This document shows, piece by piece, positions 50,571 to 60,906 of a stretch of 64,000 nt of DNA. This DNA comes from Clostridiaceae bacterium (GTDB lineage Bacteria; Bacillota; Clostridia; CAYPLH01; DUMO01): the NCBI GenBank assembly GCA_012839865.1, contig DUMO01000024.1, forward strand, positions 19,075 through 83,074, given 5' to 3'. Below the pieces are notes generated by a model. It was not told the DNA's origin. It did not search any database and was given only the letters and a program-made list of their open reading frames with translations. The position numbers and the translations under genes were made by a program. Within the stretch, counting starts at the first letter, position 1, and the number at the start of each line of letters is the position of its first letter.

Positions 50571-52850
50571 TTATGAAAGACTGCGCCTGTATTCATTCGG
50601 AGATTTTCCGGTGTACTTCTTGAAAGACCTGTTGAAAGATCTTATGTTTGGAATACCGACTTTTATTGCGACATCCTTTATCATTGTGGACGAATCTTCA
50701 AGAAGTTTGGTAGCTTTTCTTATCCTGTAAGAGTTCAGATAATCAACAAAGTTCATACCTGTTTTTTCTTTAAAGTAAGAAGAAAGATAAGTTTTTGATA
50801 TATTTAGCTTTTCCGAAAGCAAATCAAGAAATATTTCCTTCTCGTAATTTTTATCGACATAATCTTTAATATAGTCCACAATATAATCATTTTCTTTTCT
50901 ATATGCATTTATATAGTTTACACAAACAGACAGAAAATTCAAACATGCTACTTTATAATCTTCAATAGTAGTGCATTGGTTGAAAGAAGCATATGTATCA
51001 GCCAGTTTTATCCTGTTGGGTATACGGTTGTACAACTCCATAAATATGGTGCTGCAGCAACTGACTATCTTATTGCACAGAAGTTTCATATAGAAATTGT
51101 TGACATCTTTTTTAAAATTGAATTCAAGTATCTCAGTTATAAGTTTTATTGATTCCTCCATTTTTCCATTTTGAACCAGATTGACAAACTGATCCTGCTG
51201 CTCTTTAGTAAAGTAGTAGCTGTTTTGCTCATGAACCAAAGTTTCCTCGGTTATAAGCTGGTTTCCCGTCGTCAGAATTCTATGGTCCGCCATTTCCATA
51301 ACCCTGTTGTAGGCATTTTTCAATTCGGTTATATCTCTGTATTTTTTTGTGCATGCCACAGTAAAAAAGACAAAATCTTCTTCTGTCTCCAACCTCTTAA
51401 TAATTTCATTTACTGTATCATGGACATCTTTTATCATGCTTTCAACACTTACAACAGAAACAATCTGATCGCTGCCCACCTGAAATGTAATTGAATCATC
51501 AAAATATTCGTCAACATAGTTTTCAATCAATTCCCTTAAAAAGAATGTTCCTTTTCCCTTGGATTCGAAAATGTGGTCATAAAAAGAGGATTTATAATGA
51601 GCTTTGAAATATATCACAACATAATCTTTAAAATTACCGAGATTGCCTAATTCTTCAATGGAAGCTGAGCTGTCCACAAAGATATCCAACATCTTCACCT
51701 GATATGAAAACCTCTGCAGCAGAGAATCCTTTTTACTGATATTTTTTTCGTAAGAACAATTCTTTTCAATCAAACTCTTAATATTGCTGGCTATGCTTTT
51801 GAAGTCCGAAGAAATGCTAAATTCAGGATTCTTTTCCTGCATTTTAATGAGTTCCACTATCTGCCTGACAGGATTGTTTATTCTCTTTACGATGTAAATA
51901 GCAATGAGTACACTCAACGCAACAGAGCACAAAATTATTAACTTCACTACGGATGAAATCCTGTTCATTTGCTCCTCTATATGAACAATAGAATAAAATT
52001 TAATATATTTAAGGCCGGTGGTATTACCTTCCTGAATAAAAATATAACCATCTTCAATTTGGGTTAAGGAGTTGCCGCTATTTATCAATTCTTCAGTTAT
52101 TATTTCCCTGTTAATATCCATGGGAAACAAAAGGTCATTATCTTTGGTAAATACATATAAATCCTCTGTAAATCCTGATCTTGCAGTTTTCATTAATAAA
52201 TCCACATTAATCAATGCCGCCATTATAAAGTTTGATTTTCCTTTGGTTATAGCAGTCTTAAAAGCTACAGGCATCAGATAATTTTTTCTCTTGGTCGCAA
52301 GAACTGAAAAATCATAAAAATCATCCGCAGGATAAAATTTAAAATAAAAGTTCTCGTTTATCTGGTTTATCCAAAAGTCTTTAGTGTATGTATTATTGCA
52401 GAAAAAGGTATTGAACTGCAAATCATTGGGGGTAAAAATGCCATTGGGCGTCTTTATTATACAAAAAATTTCAGCTATATAGTTTTCTTTTTCCGGCATT
52501 AACCTTTCGGTTGTAATAAATTCATCAAGCTTTCCTTCTATAATCCCGTATGTATATTTCGACAATTGCGGATTATTCATATCATGATAATATTCTAAAT
52601 AGGTATTCATGAAAACATCATGCTGCAATCTGTAAAATCTGCTTTCCAGTTCACTGACCAGCAATTGCAGCCGCGAACTGACATTTGTAGTTATTTCAGC
52701 CTCTATATTCTTTAAATATACCTTGTTTGTTAAAATATGAGAAGAAGATATGAATATTATAATGAATATAAAACTAATCAAAAGCCTGACAAGAAGTGCA
52801 TTCATCCTTAGAAATTCCTTAAATCTCTTAAGCATTATAAACTCCCCCAT
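50571..52850 (-). CDS. YtdP-like membrane-anchored AraC-family sensor/regulator
   Basis: Two TM segments flank an extracytoplasmic sensor domain. A cytoplasmic region and a C-terminal AraC HTH (IKDVAIKVGIPNIRSFNRSFKKYTG) follow. This is the same architecture as the regulator of B. subtilis lplABC. Confidence 0.8.
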   Translation of the reverse strand: MGEFIMLKRFKEFLRMNALLVRLLISFIFIIIFISSSHILTNKVYLKNIEAEITTNVSSRLQLLVSELESRFYRLQHDVFMNTYLEYYHDMNNPQLSKYTYGIIEGKLDEFITTERLMPEKENYIAEIFCIIKTPNGIFTPNDLQFNTFFCNNTYTKDFWINQINENFYFKFYPADDFYDFSVLATKRKNYLMPVAFKTAITKGKSNFIMAALINVDLLMKTARSGFTEDLYVFTKDNDLLFPMDINREIITEELINSGNSLTQIEDGYIFIQEGNTTGLKYIKFYSIVHIEEQMNRISSVVKLIILCSVALSVLIAIYIVKRINNPVRQIVELIKMQEKNPEFSISSDFKSIASNIKSLIEKNCSYEKNISKKDSLLQRFSYQVKMLDIFVDSSASIEELGNLGNFKDYVVIYFKAHYKSSFYDHIFESKGKGTFFLRELIENYVDEYFDDSITFQVGSDQIVSVVSVESMIKDVHDTVNEIIKRLETEEDFVFFTVACTKKYRDITELKNAYNRVMEMADHRILTTGNQLITEETLVHEQNSYYFTKEQQDQFVNLVQNGKMEESIKLITEILEFNFKKDVNNFYMKLLCNKIVSCCSTIFMELYNRIPNRIKLADTYASFNQCTTIEDYKVACLNFLSVCVNYINAYRKENDYIVDYIKDYVDKNYEKEIFLDLLSEKLNISKTYLSSYFKEKTGMNFVDYLNSYRIRKATKLLEDSSTMIKDVAIKVGIPNIRSFNRSFKKYTGKSPNEYRRSLS

Positions 52851-53146
52851 ACATTAGCAGCAATACAGAAAGCTTATGATATTAACTTTATCTTGTATTG
52901 ATTATTTCAAAAAGAACTGTTAATAAGCTGCGAACAATTACCTGTATATATATTTTATATATAATTATATCATATCATTTATAAAGATAATATTATCACA
53001 TATTTCATAAAGAGTGAACAAAAAAACTGCTTTTCCTGCGTATTATTTATCCTTGAGACAGTAATATAGATTGGTGCAGCTCACAATTAATTTGACAACC
53101 GGTAGTTGTTTATTATTAAGTAAACCTTCGAAATAACACAACAAAA

Positions 53147-53171
53147 CCCTACAAATCGCTTGTTTGTAGGG
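53147..53171 (-). terminator. Terminator downstream of tRNA-Arg
   Basis: CCCTACAAA-tcgcttg-TTTGTAGGG. On the minus strand it is followed by UUUUGUU. Confidence 0.5.
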
Positions 53172-53177
53172 TCCTTC

Positions 53178-53254
<77 letters not shown>

Positions 53255-53291
53255 ATAATGTAAAAAAGGTGGCCATGCCACATTATTTTAT

Positions 53292-53365
53292 TGGAGCGGG
53301 TGAAGGGAATCGAACCCTCGCAATCAGCTTGGAAGGCTGATGTTCTACCATTGAACTACACCCGC
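53292..53365 (-). tRNA. tRNA-Gly (anticodon TCC), CCA encoded
   Basis: Minus-strand sequence GCGGGTGTAGTTCAATGGTAGAACATCAGCCTTCCAAGCTGATTGCGAGGGTTCGATTCCCTTCACCCGCTCCA. The anticodon loop is CTTCCAA. Confidence 0.85.
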
Positions 53366-53526
53366 AAATGCTTATCACGAGCTGACTTAAGTAATTATAC
53401 AAGGTGATTTTTATTTTGTCAACACTATTTTTATCCCAATTTTATTGCCATTAAATAGCAAGCCCGGAAGAAATTCATCTTCACCATCTTACATAACCGT
53501 ACATGAACCTCCCGTTTGATACGGTA

Positions 53527-54402
53527 TTATTCCTTAAGCATCATCTCGATTTTCTTCTGGATACTCTCTGCCGATTCCCTTGCATTTATTTTGCCGCTTA
53601 GAAATTCATTAATCCCGTCTGTAACAACCTTATTCATGTCTGTTGTAAAAGTCCATTCCTTTGCATTATCCAATATAAACTCATACACATCATCAAGCTG
53701 CTCACTATCAATGAACTTGGAACCTCTGACTTTATCATCAGGTTTTACATAAATGCTTTTATCTTTATAAAAGCCATCTGAAAAGAAGTTTTTGGATACT
53801 TCCCTGGATGCATATATTCCTAAAAACTTTGCAGCAAGCAATTTATTGCTTGATTTTTTGTTTATACATAATTTGGCGCTTTCTGCCTTATAACAGTATC
53901 CTGCTTTATTCATCGGATAATTCAAGTATATAAAATCTTCACCATATACAGATTCAGTAATAAAAGAAACAAGACTCTCTGTCATTCCAATATTATCGTT
54001 GGTAATATTTGTGCCCGCATTGCCTATTAGTATCAGATTTCTATCAATAAGATTCTTTAAATAATTAATCATCGAAATAAACTCTTCTGTGTTGAAGTAA
54101 CATTGTTTCTTGTTAATATCAACAAAATCCTTTCCCCAACTTTGCAGCAAACTGAATATTATTCTATTGGTGGAACTGGCTTTATATAAATATATATCAT
54201 TTATCCCATCAGAATTTATATCTCTGGAAAATTGCAAGGCAATATTATAAAAATCATCCCAGTTCCATTCTTTTGACGGCAATGGGATATTTAATCTTTC
54301 AAAAAGAGGCTTATTAACCTTCAAGCCAACTACGCTAACTTCTTTTGGAAGACCGTATAAGTAATTTTCCCGGGAGCAAATCCGGATTATTTGAGGATAC
54401 AT
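53527..54402 (-). pseudogene. N-terminally truncated ABC solute-binding protein remnant
   Basis: The translation aligns to the middle and C-terminal portion of family-1 SBPs. There is no signal peptide or lipobox and no RBS, and an in-frame stop lies 13 codons upstream. It is flanked by AT-rich DNA and lies next to two tRNA genes. Confidence 0.45.
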
Positions 54403-54804
54403 CCCATTTAAAAATTTATAGCGACCAGTAAATTTTATTTATCTTAATTGGGCTCCTCATCATATAAATTAGATAATTTCACTCTTTTGTTTATTTTATT
54501 TATGTGCTGATTCAATGTTGCCATTGATAAAATGAATTCCCAGGCATTTTACTTGATATAAGGCTGGGATTTATCTTCGAATCTGCGGTATTGAAATGTG
54601 ATAATTTTAATAGCAATATTTGCATACCTGGCTTGTATTACATATATTACCATATAATAAGATACAAGTCAATGTCACTTATGAGCATTTTTACCCTATC
54701 TCTTAAATAAATTGATGTATCATTTCAAAAGCAATCAGCTCCAACACTGCCATACAGCAATATCAGAGCTGATCATGCTGAGACTTATAAAAAATTTGCT
54801 TAAT

Positions 54805-55395
54805 CTATCTTTCCCGGAGCTTTTTCACCAATTCTGCAAGGGCTTTCCCCCTATGGCTGATTTTGTGTTTATGCTCAGGCTCCAATTCGGCCATTGAAAC
54901 CCCATTTTCATGTAAATAGAATATCGGGTCATAGCCAAAGCCATTACTGCCCCTTAACTCAAAACCAATATACCCGTCACAAATGCCTTTTACCGTCAGA
55001 TTGCTGCCATCCGGAAAGCATACTGCAATGGCGCATACAAACCTGGCTGTTCTTTTTTCCCAGGGAACTCCCTCAAGAAGATTTAAAAGCTTATTTATTC
55101 TCTCCAGGTCGGTGGCACCTTCACCGGCAAATCTGGATGTATATATACCCGGTGCTCCGCCAAGGTAGTCAACTTCAAGGCCGGAATCATCCGCCATAAC
55201 CATTTCATTTGTCAGTTTGAAAATTTCTCTTGCTTTTATAAGAGCATTTTCCTCAAAGGAATTTCCGGTTTCTTCAATTTCTTTTCCAATGCCTGCCTGG
55301 TCCATTGAAATTACATTGAAATTGAAATCCTTCAAAATCTCTTTTATTTCCTCAAGTTTGCCCTTATTCCTCGTCGCAACGATGAACTTCCTCAT
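54805..55395 (-). CDS. rdgB: Non-canonical purine NTP pyrophosphatase (RdgB/HAM1 family)
   Basis: The Ham1 family pattern ([21 protein letters not shown]). It overlaps the 3' end of rph, the classic rph-rdgB operon arrangement. Confidence 0.9.
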   Translation of the reverse strand: MRKFIVATRNKGKLEEIKEILKDFNFNVISMDQAGIGKEIEETGNSFEENALIKAREIFKLTNEMVMADDSGLEVDYLGGAPGIYTSRFAGEGATDLERINKLLNLLEGVPWEKRTARFVCAIAVCFPDGSNLTVKGICDGYIGFELRGSNGFGYDPIFYLHENGVSMAELEPEHKHKISHRGKALAELVKKLRER

Positions 55396-56140
55396 TCTTT
55401 GTTACTCTCCCCACTCTATCTGCAATTGAACCCAATGCTTCCTTCTGTATTTCAATCAATTCTTTTATGCCTTGCTGAGCCATGCTCAGAAGTTTGTTAA
55501 ACTGTTTTCTTTTAAAAGGGGCTTGTTCTCCGGTGCACTGTATCTCAACAAATTCGCCATTTCCTGTCATAACCACGTTCATGTCAAGCTCTGCATTGGA
55601 ATCCTCAACATAGCACAAATCCAACATTTCAATGCCATCAATTATTCCTACGCTTGTTGCCGCCACAAAATCAGTGATTGGGATTTTTTCAATCTGGCCT
55701 GTTTGTACAAGGTAATCCATTGCATCAACAAGGGCTACAAAGGACCCGGTAATTGATGCAGTCCTTGTGCCGCCGTCAGCCTGTATGACATCGCAATCAA
55801 TAATTATTTGCCTTTCGCCAAGTAAATTCATATTTACAACCGACCTTAAGGACCTTCCGATCAATCTTTGTATTTCCTGGCTTCTTCCTGCAAGTTTAAG
55901 TTTGCTTATATCCCGGGGATTTCTGACCTGGGTTGACCTGGGTAGCATGGAATACTCACAAGTTACCCAGCCTGTACCTGTATTTTTTTTGAAAGGAGGT
56001 ACCTTGTCATCAACCGTAGCGGTGCAAATCACCTTTGTATCTCCGGTTTCAATAAGCACGGAGCCTTCCGCATGCTTTATATAATTTCGTGTAATTTTCA
56101 CTTTCCTAAGTTCGGAATAATTTCTGCCGTCCACTCTCAT
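55364..56140 (-). CDS. rph: Ribonuclease PH
   Basis: RNase_PH domain: MRVDGR, a [12 protein letters not shown]-type motif, and [18 protein letters not shown]. Confidence 0.95.
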   Translation of the reverse strand: MRVDGRNYSELRKVKITRNYIKHAEGSVLIETGDTKVICTATVDDKVPPFKKNTGTGWVTCEYSMLPRSTQVRNPRDISKLKLAGRSQEIQRLIGRSLRSVVNMNLLGERQIIIDCDVIQADGGTRTASITGSFVALVDAMDYLVQTGQIEKIPITDFVAATSVGIIDGIEMLDLCYVEDSNAELDMNVVMTGNGEFVEIQCTGEQAPFKRKQFNKLLSMAQQGIKELIEIQKEALGSIADRVGRVTKNEEVHRCDEE

Positions 56141-56283
56141 ATTCTCACCTTATTCAATAAATTTGGGAACATCATAAAACACATCAAGGCTGCAACCCCC
56201 GGATTGTGATCCTCGCTGCTTTAAAATGTGGTGAATTATATTATGTTACATTATTATAAAAAAATAACCCCCATATTAAAGCA

Positions 56284-56308
56284 AGGCGATGTGCCTGTCC
56301 CATCGCCT
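56284..56308 (-). terminator. Hairpin downstream of the AraC regulator gene
   Basis: GGCGATG-tgcctgtcc-CATCGCC, with the T-run TGTTTTC on the plus side. It may terminate transcription in either direction. Confidence 0.35.
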
Positions 56309-56452
56309 GTTTTCATCTTATATTATCATTAACAAATTGTCAAATTTTATCCGTGACAATGTAGCTTATATAAATGAGTTGCAGCAGGGATTACAATTGG
56401 CCTTGTTTTGCATAAAAACCAACCTTCATTTTCATCTGCCGCCTTGCCATGC

Positions 56453-57367
56453 TTAAAACTGCATGTTTCTGAACTGCTTTGGGGACATGCCCACATGGTT
56501 CCTGAATGTATATATAAAGTTGGACACACTTGAAAAACCTGCATTAATGGCAATCTCTTTTATACTTAAATCTGTCTTTTTCAATAAAATTTTTGAATTA
56601 TCTATCCGTGTTTTAATAATAAACTCATATGGAGAGTACCCCGTTTCCTTTTTAAAAAGCCTTGAAAAATAAAAGGAACTCAGGGAAACACTTGATGCAA
56701 GACCTGCAATGGTTAATTTTCTCCCGTAATTGTTCTGAATATAATTAATAACATCAGCTATCTGGTTGATGCTTTCATTTTTATTCCCTGCAGGCTGCAC
56801 ATTGTATCCAGGTTCGGCCACAGGCGTAAACTTTCCACTGATTCTTTTTTCCATGCCAAGTTCAGAAGACAGCATCATCAAATCGGACAGTATCATATGA
56901 ATATAGGCGGAAATAAGAGCCTCCGAACTTTGACCGGATGTTTTCATCTCTTCAATTATAGATGTCAGCAGCCTTTTAACCAGTATTGTATTGCTGGTGC
57001 TTATTACATATCCCAACCTGCTGTTTATCAGCTCAACAAATTGCCTGCTGCAGTTTCCGTCAAAGTGCATCCATAGTATCTCCCACCCCTCCCTGGTAAA
57101 ATACTCATGGGGTTTGTAGCAATCCAGCAATATAATGTCATTGGCTTTTGCACTGTATTTTTTACCATTATAATCTACATAACCCAAGCCGTTTTTTATA
57201 TAAATGAGCAGATAACTGTTATAACTGTTTCGCTTAACATGATAATTTCCATTGCAATAAAAATGCCCCACACACCTTAAATAATAAAACATTTCATATG
57301 CCATGCTGCCCGGGGTGTTAAAATAGGTATTTGAATTAGGTAGTACTCCCTTTTCCGGAATGTACAA
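56453..57367 (-). CDS. AraC family transcriptional regulator (cupin + HTH)
   Basis: A C-terminal AraC HTH (IKEIAINAGFSSVSNFIYTFRNHVGMSPKQFR) and an N-terminal cupin sensor. It is divergent from the plus-strand hydrolase cluster. Confidence 0.8.
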   Translation of the reverse strand: MYIPEKGVLPNSNTYFNTPGSMAYEMFYYLRCVGHFYCNGNYHVKRNSYNSYLLIYIKNGLGYVDYNGKKYSAKANDIILLDCYKPHEYFTREGWEILWMHFDGNCSRQFVELINSRLGYVISTSNTILVKRLLTSIIEEMKTSGQSSEALISAYIHMILSDLMMLSSELGMEKRISGKFTPVAEPGYNVQPAGNKNESINQIADVINYIQNNYGRKLTIAGLASSVSLSSFYFSRLFKKETGYSPYEFIIKTRIDNSKILLKKTDLSIKEIAINAGFSSVSNFIYTFRNHVGMSPKQFRNMQF

Positions 57368-57585
57368 TTTTCAACATCTCCTGCCTGCTAAATATAGCAA
57401 TTTTCTTATATAAGTAAGCAAATTCCTATAATGAAAAGCTCTTTACTATATAATATAATAACAATATAAGATAGCGCAAGATTATTAAATTCAATATATG
57501 CGTTAAGTTCACCAAAGTCCGGCTATCATGTTCACATACAAGATCAACAACTGCCAGTAAACAATTTTTTTCAAGGAGGTTCTAT

Positions 57586-58845
57586 ATGACTTCAAGGCAA
57601 AGGGTGGTAGATGCCATTAACCACAGAAAACCTGACAGAGTTCCTGTGGATCTGGGTTCAACGGGTCAAACGGGAATCAGCGCCAGTACTTTATACAGGC
57701 TTAGAAAAGCACTTAACATGGATTCAGGTCCGATTAAAGTTCATGAGCCTTTTCAAATGCTGGGTGAAGTTGACAAGGAGCTGGTCAGAGCTTTTAATGT
57801 TGACATCATTGGGCTATGGAGCCCGACAAACATGCTGGGAATAAAAAATGAAAACTGGAAACCCTGGCAAATGCCTGACGGTACCCCTGTATTAATGGCA
57901 CAAGGTTTCGAATACGATGTAGGTGATGACGGTTCAATATACGCATATCCGCAGGGAGACAGAACTGCCATGCCAAGTGTCAGACTGCCAAAGGGTGGTT
58001 TCTTTTTTGACAATATTGAGCGAAGCGGAGATTTTGATGAAGATGACCTGGATGCAGAAAGAGACTTCGGAGAGTCCTTTCAGGTCATGGATGATGAGAC
58101 TGCAAATTATCTTGAAAAGGAGTCCATCAGGTTGTTTGAGGAAACGGATCTCGCAATAGTTGGAAACTGGGGTGGCGGCGGGTTTGGAGATGTTGCATTA
58201 ATTCCGGGGCCCTCCCTGAAAAATCCCAGAGGTATCAGGAAAATAGAGGATTGGCTGGTTGCCCACATTTTGTATCCGGACTACATTATGGAAGTTTTTG
58301 AATTACAGGCGGAATCAGCCCTTAAAAATCTGGAAATATATAAGCAGGCAGTAGGCAACAGAATCCAGGTGATAAACGTCAGTGGAACAGATTTTGGCAC
58401 CCAAAACGGAGCGTTTATTTCGCCTGAAGTTTTCAGAAAGCTATACAAACCTTTCTACAGGAAGATAAATGACTGGATTCATAAAAACACAGAATGGAAA
58501 ACCTTTTATCACTCCTGCGGTTCCATAATCAGCCTGCTGGATGATTTGATTGATTCAGGAGTTGATATTATCAATCCTGTTCAATGTTCAGCTTATGGTA
58601 TGGACCCGGAAGTCTTAAAGCAGAAATACGGCGACAAAATCGTATTTTGGGGAGGCGGTGTTGATACTCAAAAAATACTTCCTTTTGGAACTCCTGAGGA
58701 CGTACAAACGCAAGTCAAAGAAAGGCTGAAGACATTCTCCGCCGGAGGTGGTTATGTTTTCTGTACAATACATAATATTGTTGCAAAAACACCGGTTGAA
58801 AACATTATTGCAATGTTTGATGCCATAAGGGAATTCAATGATTAG
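57586..58845 (+). CDS. Uroporphyrinogen-decarboxylase (URO-D) family protein of unknown substrate
   Basis: A URO-D/MtaA-like TIM-barrel pattern that is common in Firmicute glycan-utilisation loci. RBS AGGAGG precedes the ATG. Confidence 0.75.
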   Translation: MTSRQRVVDAINHRKPDRVPVDLGSTGQTGISASTLYRLRKALNMDSGPIKVHEPFQMLGEVDKELVRAFNVDIIGLWSPTNMLGIKNENWKPWQMPDGTPVLMAQGFEYDVGDDGSIYAYPQGDRTAMPSVRLPKGGFFFDNIERSGDFDEDDLDAERDFGESFQVMDDETANYLEKESIRLFEETDLAIVGNWGGGGFGDVALIPGPSLKNPRGIRKIEDWLVAHILYPDYIMEVFELQAESALKNLEIYKQAVGNRIQVINVSGTDFGTQNGAFISPEVFRKLYKPFYRKINDWIHKNTEWKTFYHSCGSIISLLDDLIDSGVDIINPVQCSAYGMDPEVLKQKYGDKIVFWGGGVDTQKILPFGTPEDVQTQVKERLKTFSAGGGYVFCTIHNIVAKTPVENIIAMFDAIREFND

Positions 58846-58977
58846 CGTTTGAGCCTGATGCGTATGATTTGACCAAAAGGAACCCGGGAACTTATAATTA
58901 AACAGTGAGGGTGTAACAGATTTTCGGATTCCATAAGGGCAATAATCAGATATAATTGATTAGCATCCAGGTTGTGC

Positions 58978-59005
58978 TTTTCTCCGGGCTGCCCCGGAGA
59001 AAAAC
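58978..59005 (+). terminator. Symmetric T-run / hairpin / A-run (TCTCCGGG-ctgc-CCCGGAGA)
   Basis: Read from the sequence. It is a possible bidirectional terminator or attenuator between the URO-D-like and GH genes. Confidence 0.35.
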
Positions 59006-59048
59006 GGTTTGTTCATAGATATTGAAAATAAATTATGGAGGAGTAATT

Positions 59049-60596
59049 ATGGAAACTAGCAATTGCGATAAAAAAGGCCGATGGTCCAGGGAAAAAGCCT
59101 GGTTATGGTACAATAGCCGGCCATGGATATGCGGATTTAATTATTTGCCCAGCACTGCGGTAAACTCAACGGAAATGTGGCAGAAGGACAGTTTTGATGA
59201 AGCAACCATTGACAAAGAGTTAAGGTGGGCTTCTGAATACGGATATAACAGCTGCAGAGTCTTCCTTCAGTTTATTGTCTGGAACCACGATCCGGAGGGC
59301 TACAAAAAGCGTATGGGAAGATTTTTGGAAATTGCAGATTCCCATGGCATATCAACCACATTTATATTATTTGATGATTGTGCCTTCTCAGGAAAGGAAC
59401 CTTACCTTGGCAAGCAAAACGACCCAATCCCGGGAGTACATAACAGCGGTTGGACACCCAGTCCGGGGCCTTCCATTGCAGATGATGAAAGCATGCAGGG
59501 CAAATTGGAAGCATATGTAAAGGATATTCTGTCTGGTTTCTCGGATGACAAAAGGGTTCTTATGTGGGATCTGTATAACGAACCCGGAAACTCCGACAGA
59601 AAAGAAAAAAGCTTGGATCTTTTGAAAAACGCATTTTTATGGGCAAGAGAAGTCTGTCCCTGTCAACCTTTAACCAGCGGTGTCTGGAATTGCCAGGCAA
59701 CGGAAAAAGCTTGCATAGAAAACTCAGATATCATTACCTTCCACTGCTATGAAAATTACGATAAGACAACAGAAAAAATCAAAAAATTCAAATCCGAGGG
59801 GTACCCTGTAATCAACACAGAGTGGATGGCACGTAAATTTGACAGCCTGATAAAAACACATCTTCCGCTTTTTAAGGAGGAAAATGTGGGCTGCTATCAA
59901 TGGGGTCTTGTACAGGGAAAAACCCAGACATACTATCCATGGGGCAGTGTTCCCGGCTCACCTGTTCCTGAAGTCTGGTTTCATGATGTTTTGACGCCTG
60001 ACGGTACACCTTATGATCAGGAGGAAATGGAAGTGGTTAAAGAAATTATGGGAAAGAATATTATTCAGCTGAAACTTGAAGCAAAGGAAATGACACCTGA
60101 AATAATGCAGGACCTGGAGGACAGAGGATTAATATACAGGCTGTGCCCCGGACATGATGAATTAAACCCCAAACAGGGTGAAACTTCGGTTGAACAAATT
60201 TATGCCTGCGACAGCAAATACGGAGCTCACATGCTTATAACGGTAACAGTAAACAGAACAGAATTTTCAGCCTTTGGGACACATCCGGACAATGAAGATG
60301 TTTTCCTGATTGGAGATGCAAATTGCAAGCCAATGTATTTCCTTTTCGGATTGTGCAAAAAAGATGAGTTTGTGCAAAAGATAAACAACGGCAGTCTCAC
60401 AGAAAAGGACCTTATAGTTTTTGTTGCAAAATACAATGACCCGCAGGTTAGTTTCTTCACTGTATTAAAGGATGCCCCCCACGGGGAAGCAGTAGCCGGT
60501 GCGGAGGGCAAACCACCGTCCTTCTACGTGACCGAACCAACAAGCATGCCACTGGATATAATAGATTTCAAGAATTATAAAATCAGTGTAAGCTAG
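59049..60596 (+). CDS. Clan GH-A (TIM-barrel, GH5-like) glycoside hydrolase, cytoplasmic
   Basis: The LYNEPG motif is the acid/base NEP motif of clan GH-A. The NTEWMA motif is taken as the nucleophile region. There is no signal peptide. The start was taken at METSNC, which has an RBS GGAGGAG. Confidence 0.7.
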   Translation: METSNCDKKGRWSREKAWLWYNSRPWICGFNYLPSTAVNSTEMWQKDSFDEATIDKELRWASEYGYNSCRVFLQFIVWNHDPEGYKKRMGRFLEIADSHGISTTFILFDDCAFSGKEPYLGKQNDPIPGVHNSGWTPSPGPSIADDESMQGKLEAYVKDILSGFSDDKRVLMWDLYNEPGNSDRKEKSLDLLKNAFLWAREVCPCQPLTSGVWNCQATEKACIENSDIITFHCYENYDKTTEKIKKFKSEGYPVINTEWMARKFDSLIKTHLPLFKEENVGCYQWGLVQGKTQTYYPWGSVPGSPVPEVWFHDVLTPDGTPYDQEEMEVVKEIMGKNIIQLKLEAKEMTPEIMQDLEDRGLIYRLCPGHDELNPKQGETSVEQIYACDSKYGAHMLITVTVNRTEFSAFGTHPDNEDVFLIGDANCKPMYFLFGLCKKDEFVQKINNGSLTEKDLIVFVAKYNDPQVSFFTVLKDAPHGEAVAGAEGKPPSFYVTEPTSMPLDIIDFKNYKISVS

Positions 60597-60641
60597 AAAC
60601 TGAATAAGGAACCGAGGCTTTTGAAAAGTCTGTATAACTTG

Positions 60642-60673
60642 TGCCGGTGAACACACCGGCATAAGTTTTTTAT
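60642..60673 (+). terminator. Rho-independent terminator after the GH gene
   Basis: TGCCGGTG-aaca-CACCGGCA followed by TAAGTTTTTTATT. Confidence 0.7.
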
Positions 60674-60846
60674 TCTTCAAAAGCAAAGCAATATTTTCAA
60701 TATTGATGCATACAACATGTAAAAACTCGCGGCTAGTTTCAGTACAGGCGACATAAAAGGCCTCCCGGCGATTTGCCGGCAGGCTTTTGGGAAATGTCTT
60801 TTATAATTTCTTTGTGATAAAGCTGAGTGAACATTACATCATACAG

Positions 60847-60906
60847 TACATGACGTACTCCCGCCGCCTAAAAGGCAGGAGGTTTCTTGCTGCCATATGT
60901 TAAACA
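60847..60906. repeat. Copy C (short form) of the structured intergenic repeat; it contains the sulfatase stop codon
   Basis: CATGACGTACTCCCGCCGCCTAAAAGGCAGGAGGTTTCTTGCTGCCATATGTTAAAC. It shares both end blocks with copy A. Confidence 0.65.

Noticed and set aside
54712-54897. 61-aa plus-strand ORF near the rdgB 3' end
   Set aside because: It overlaps rdgB on the opposite strand and has no RBS.
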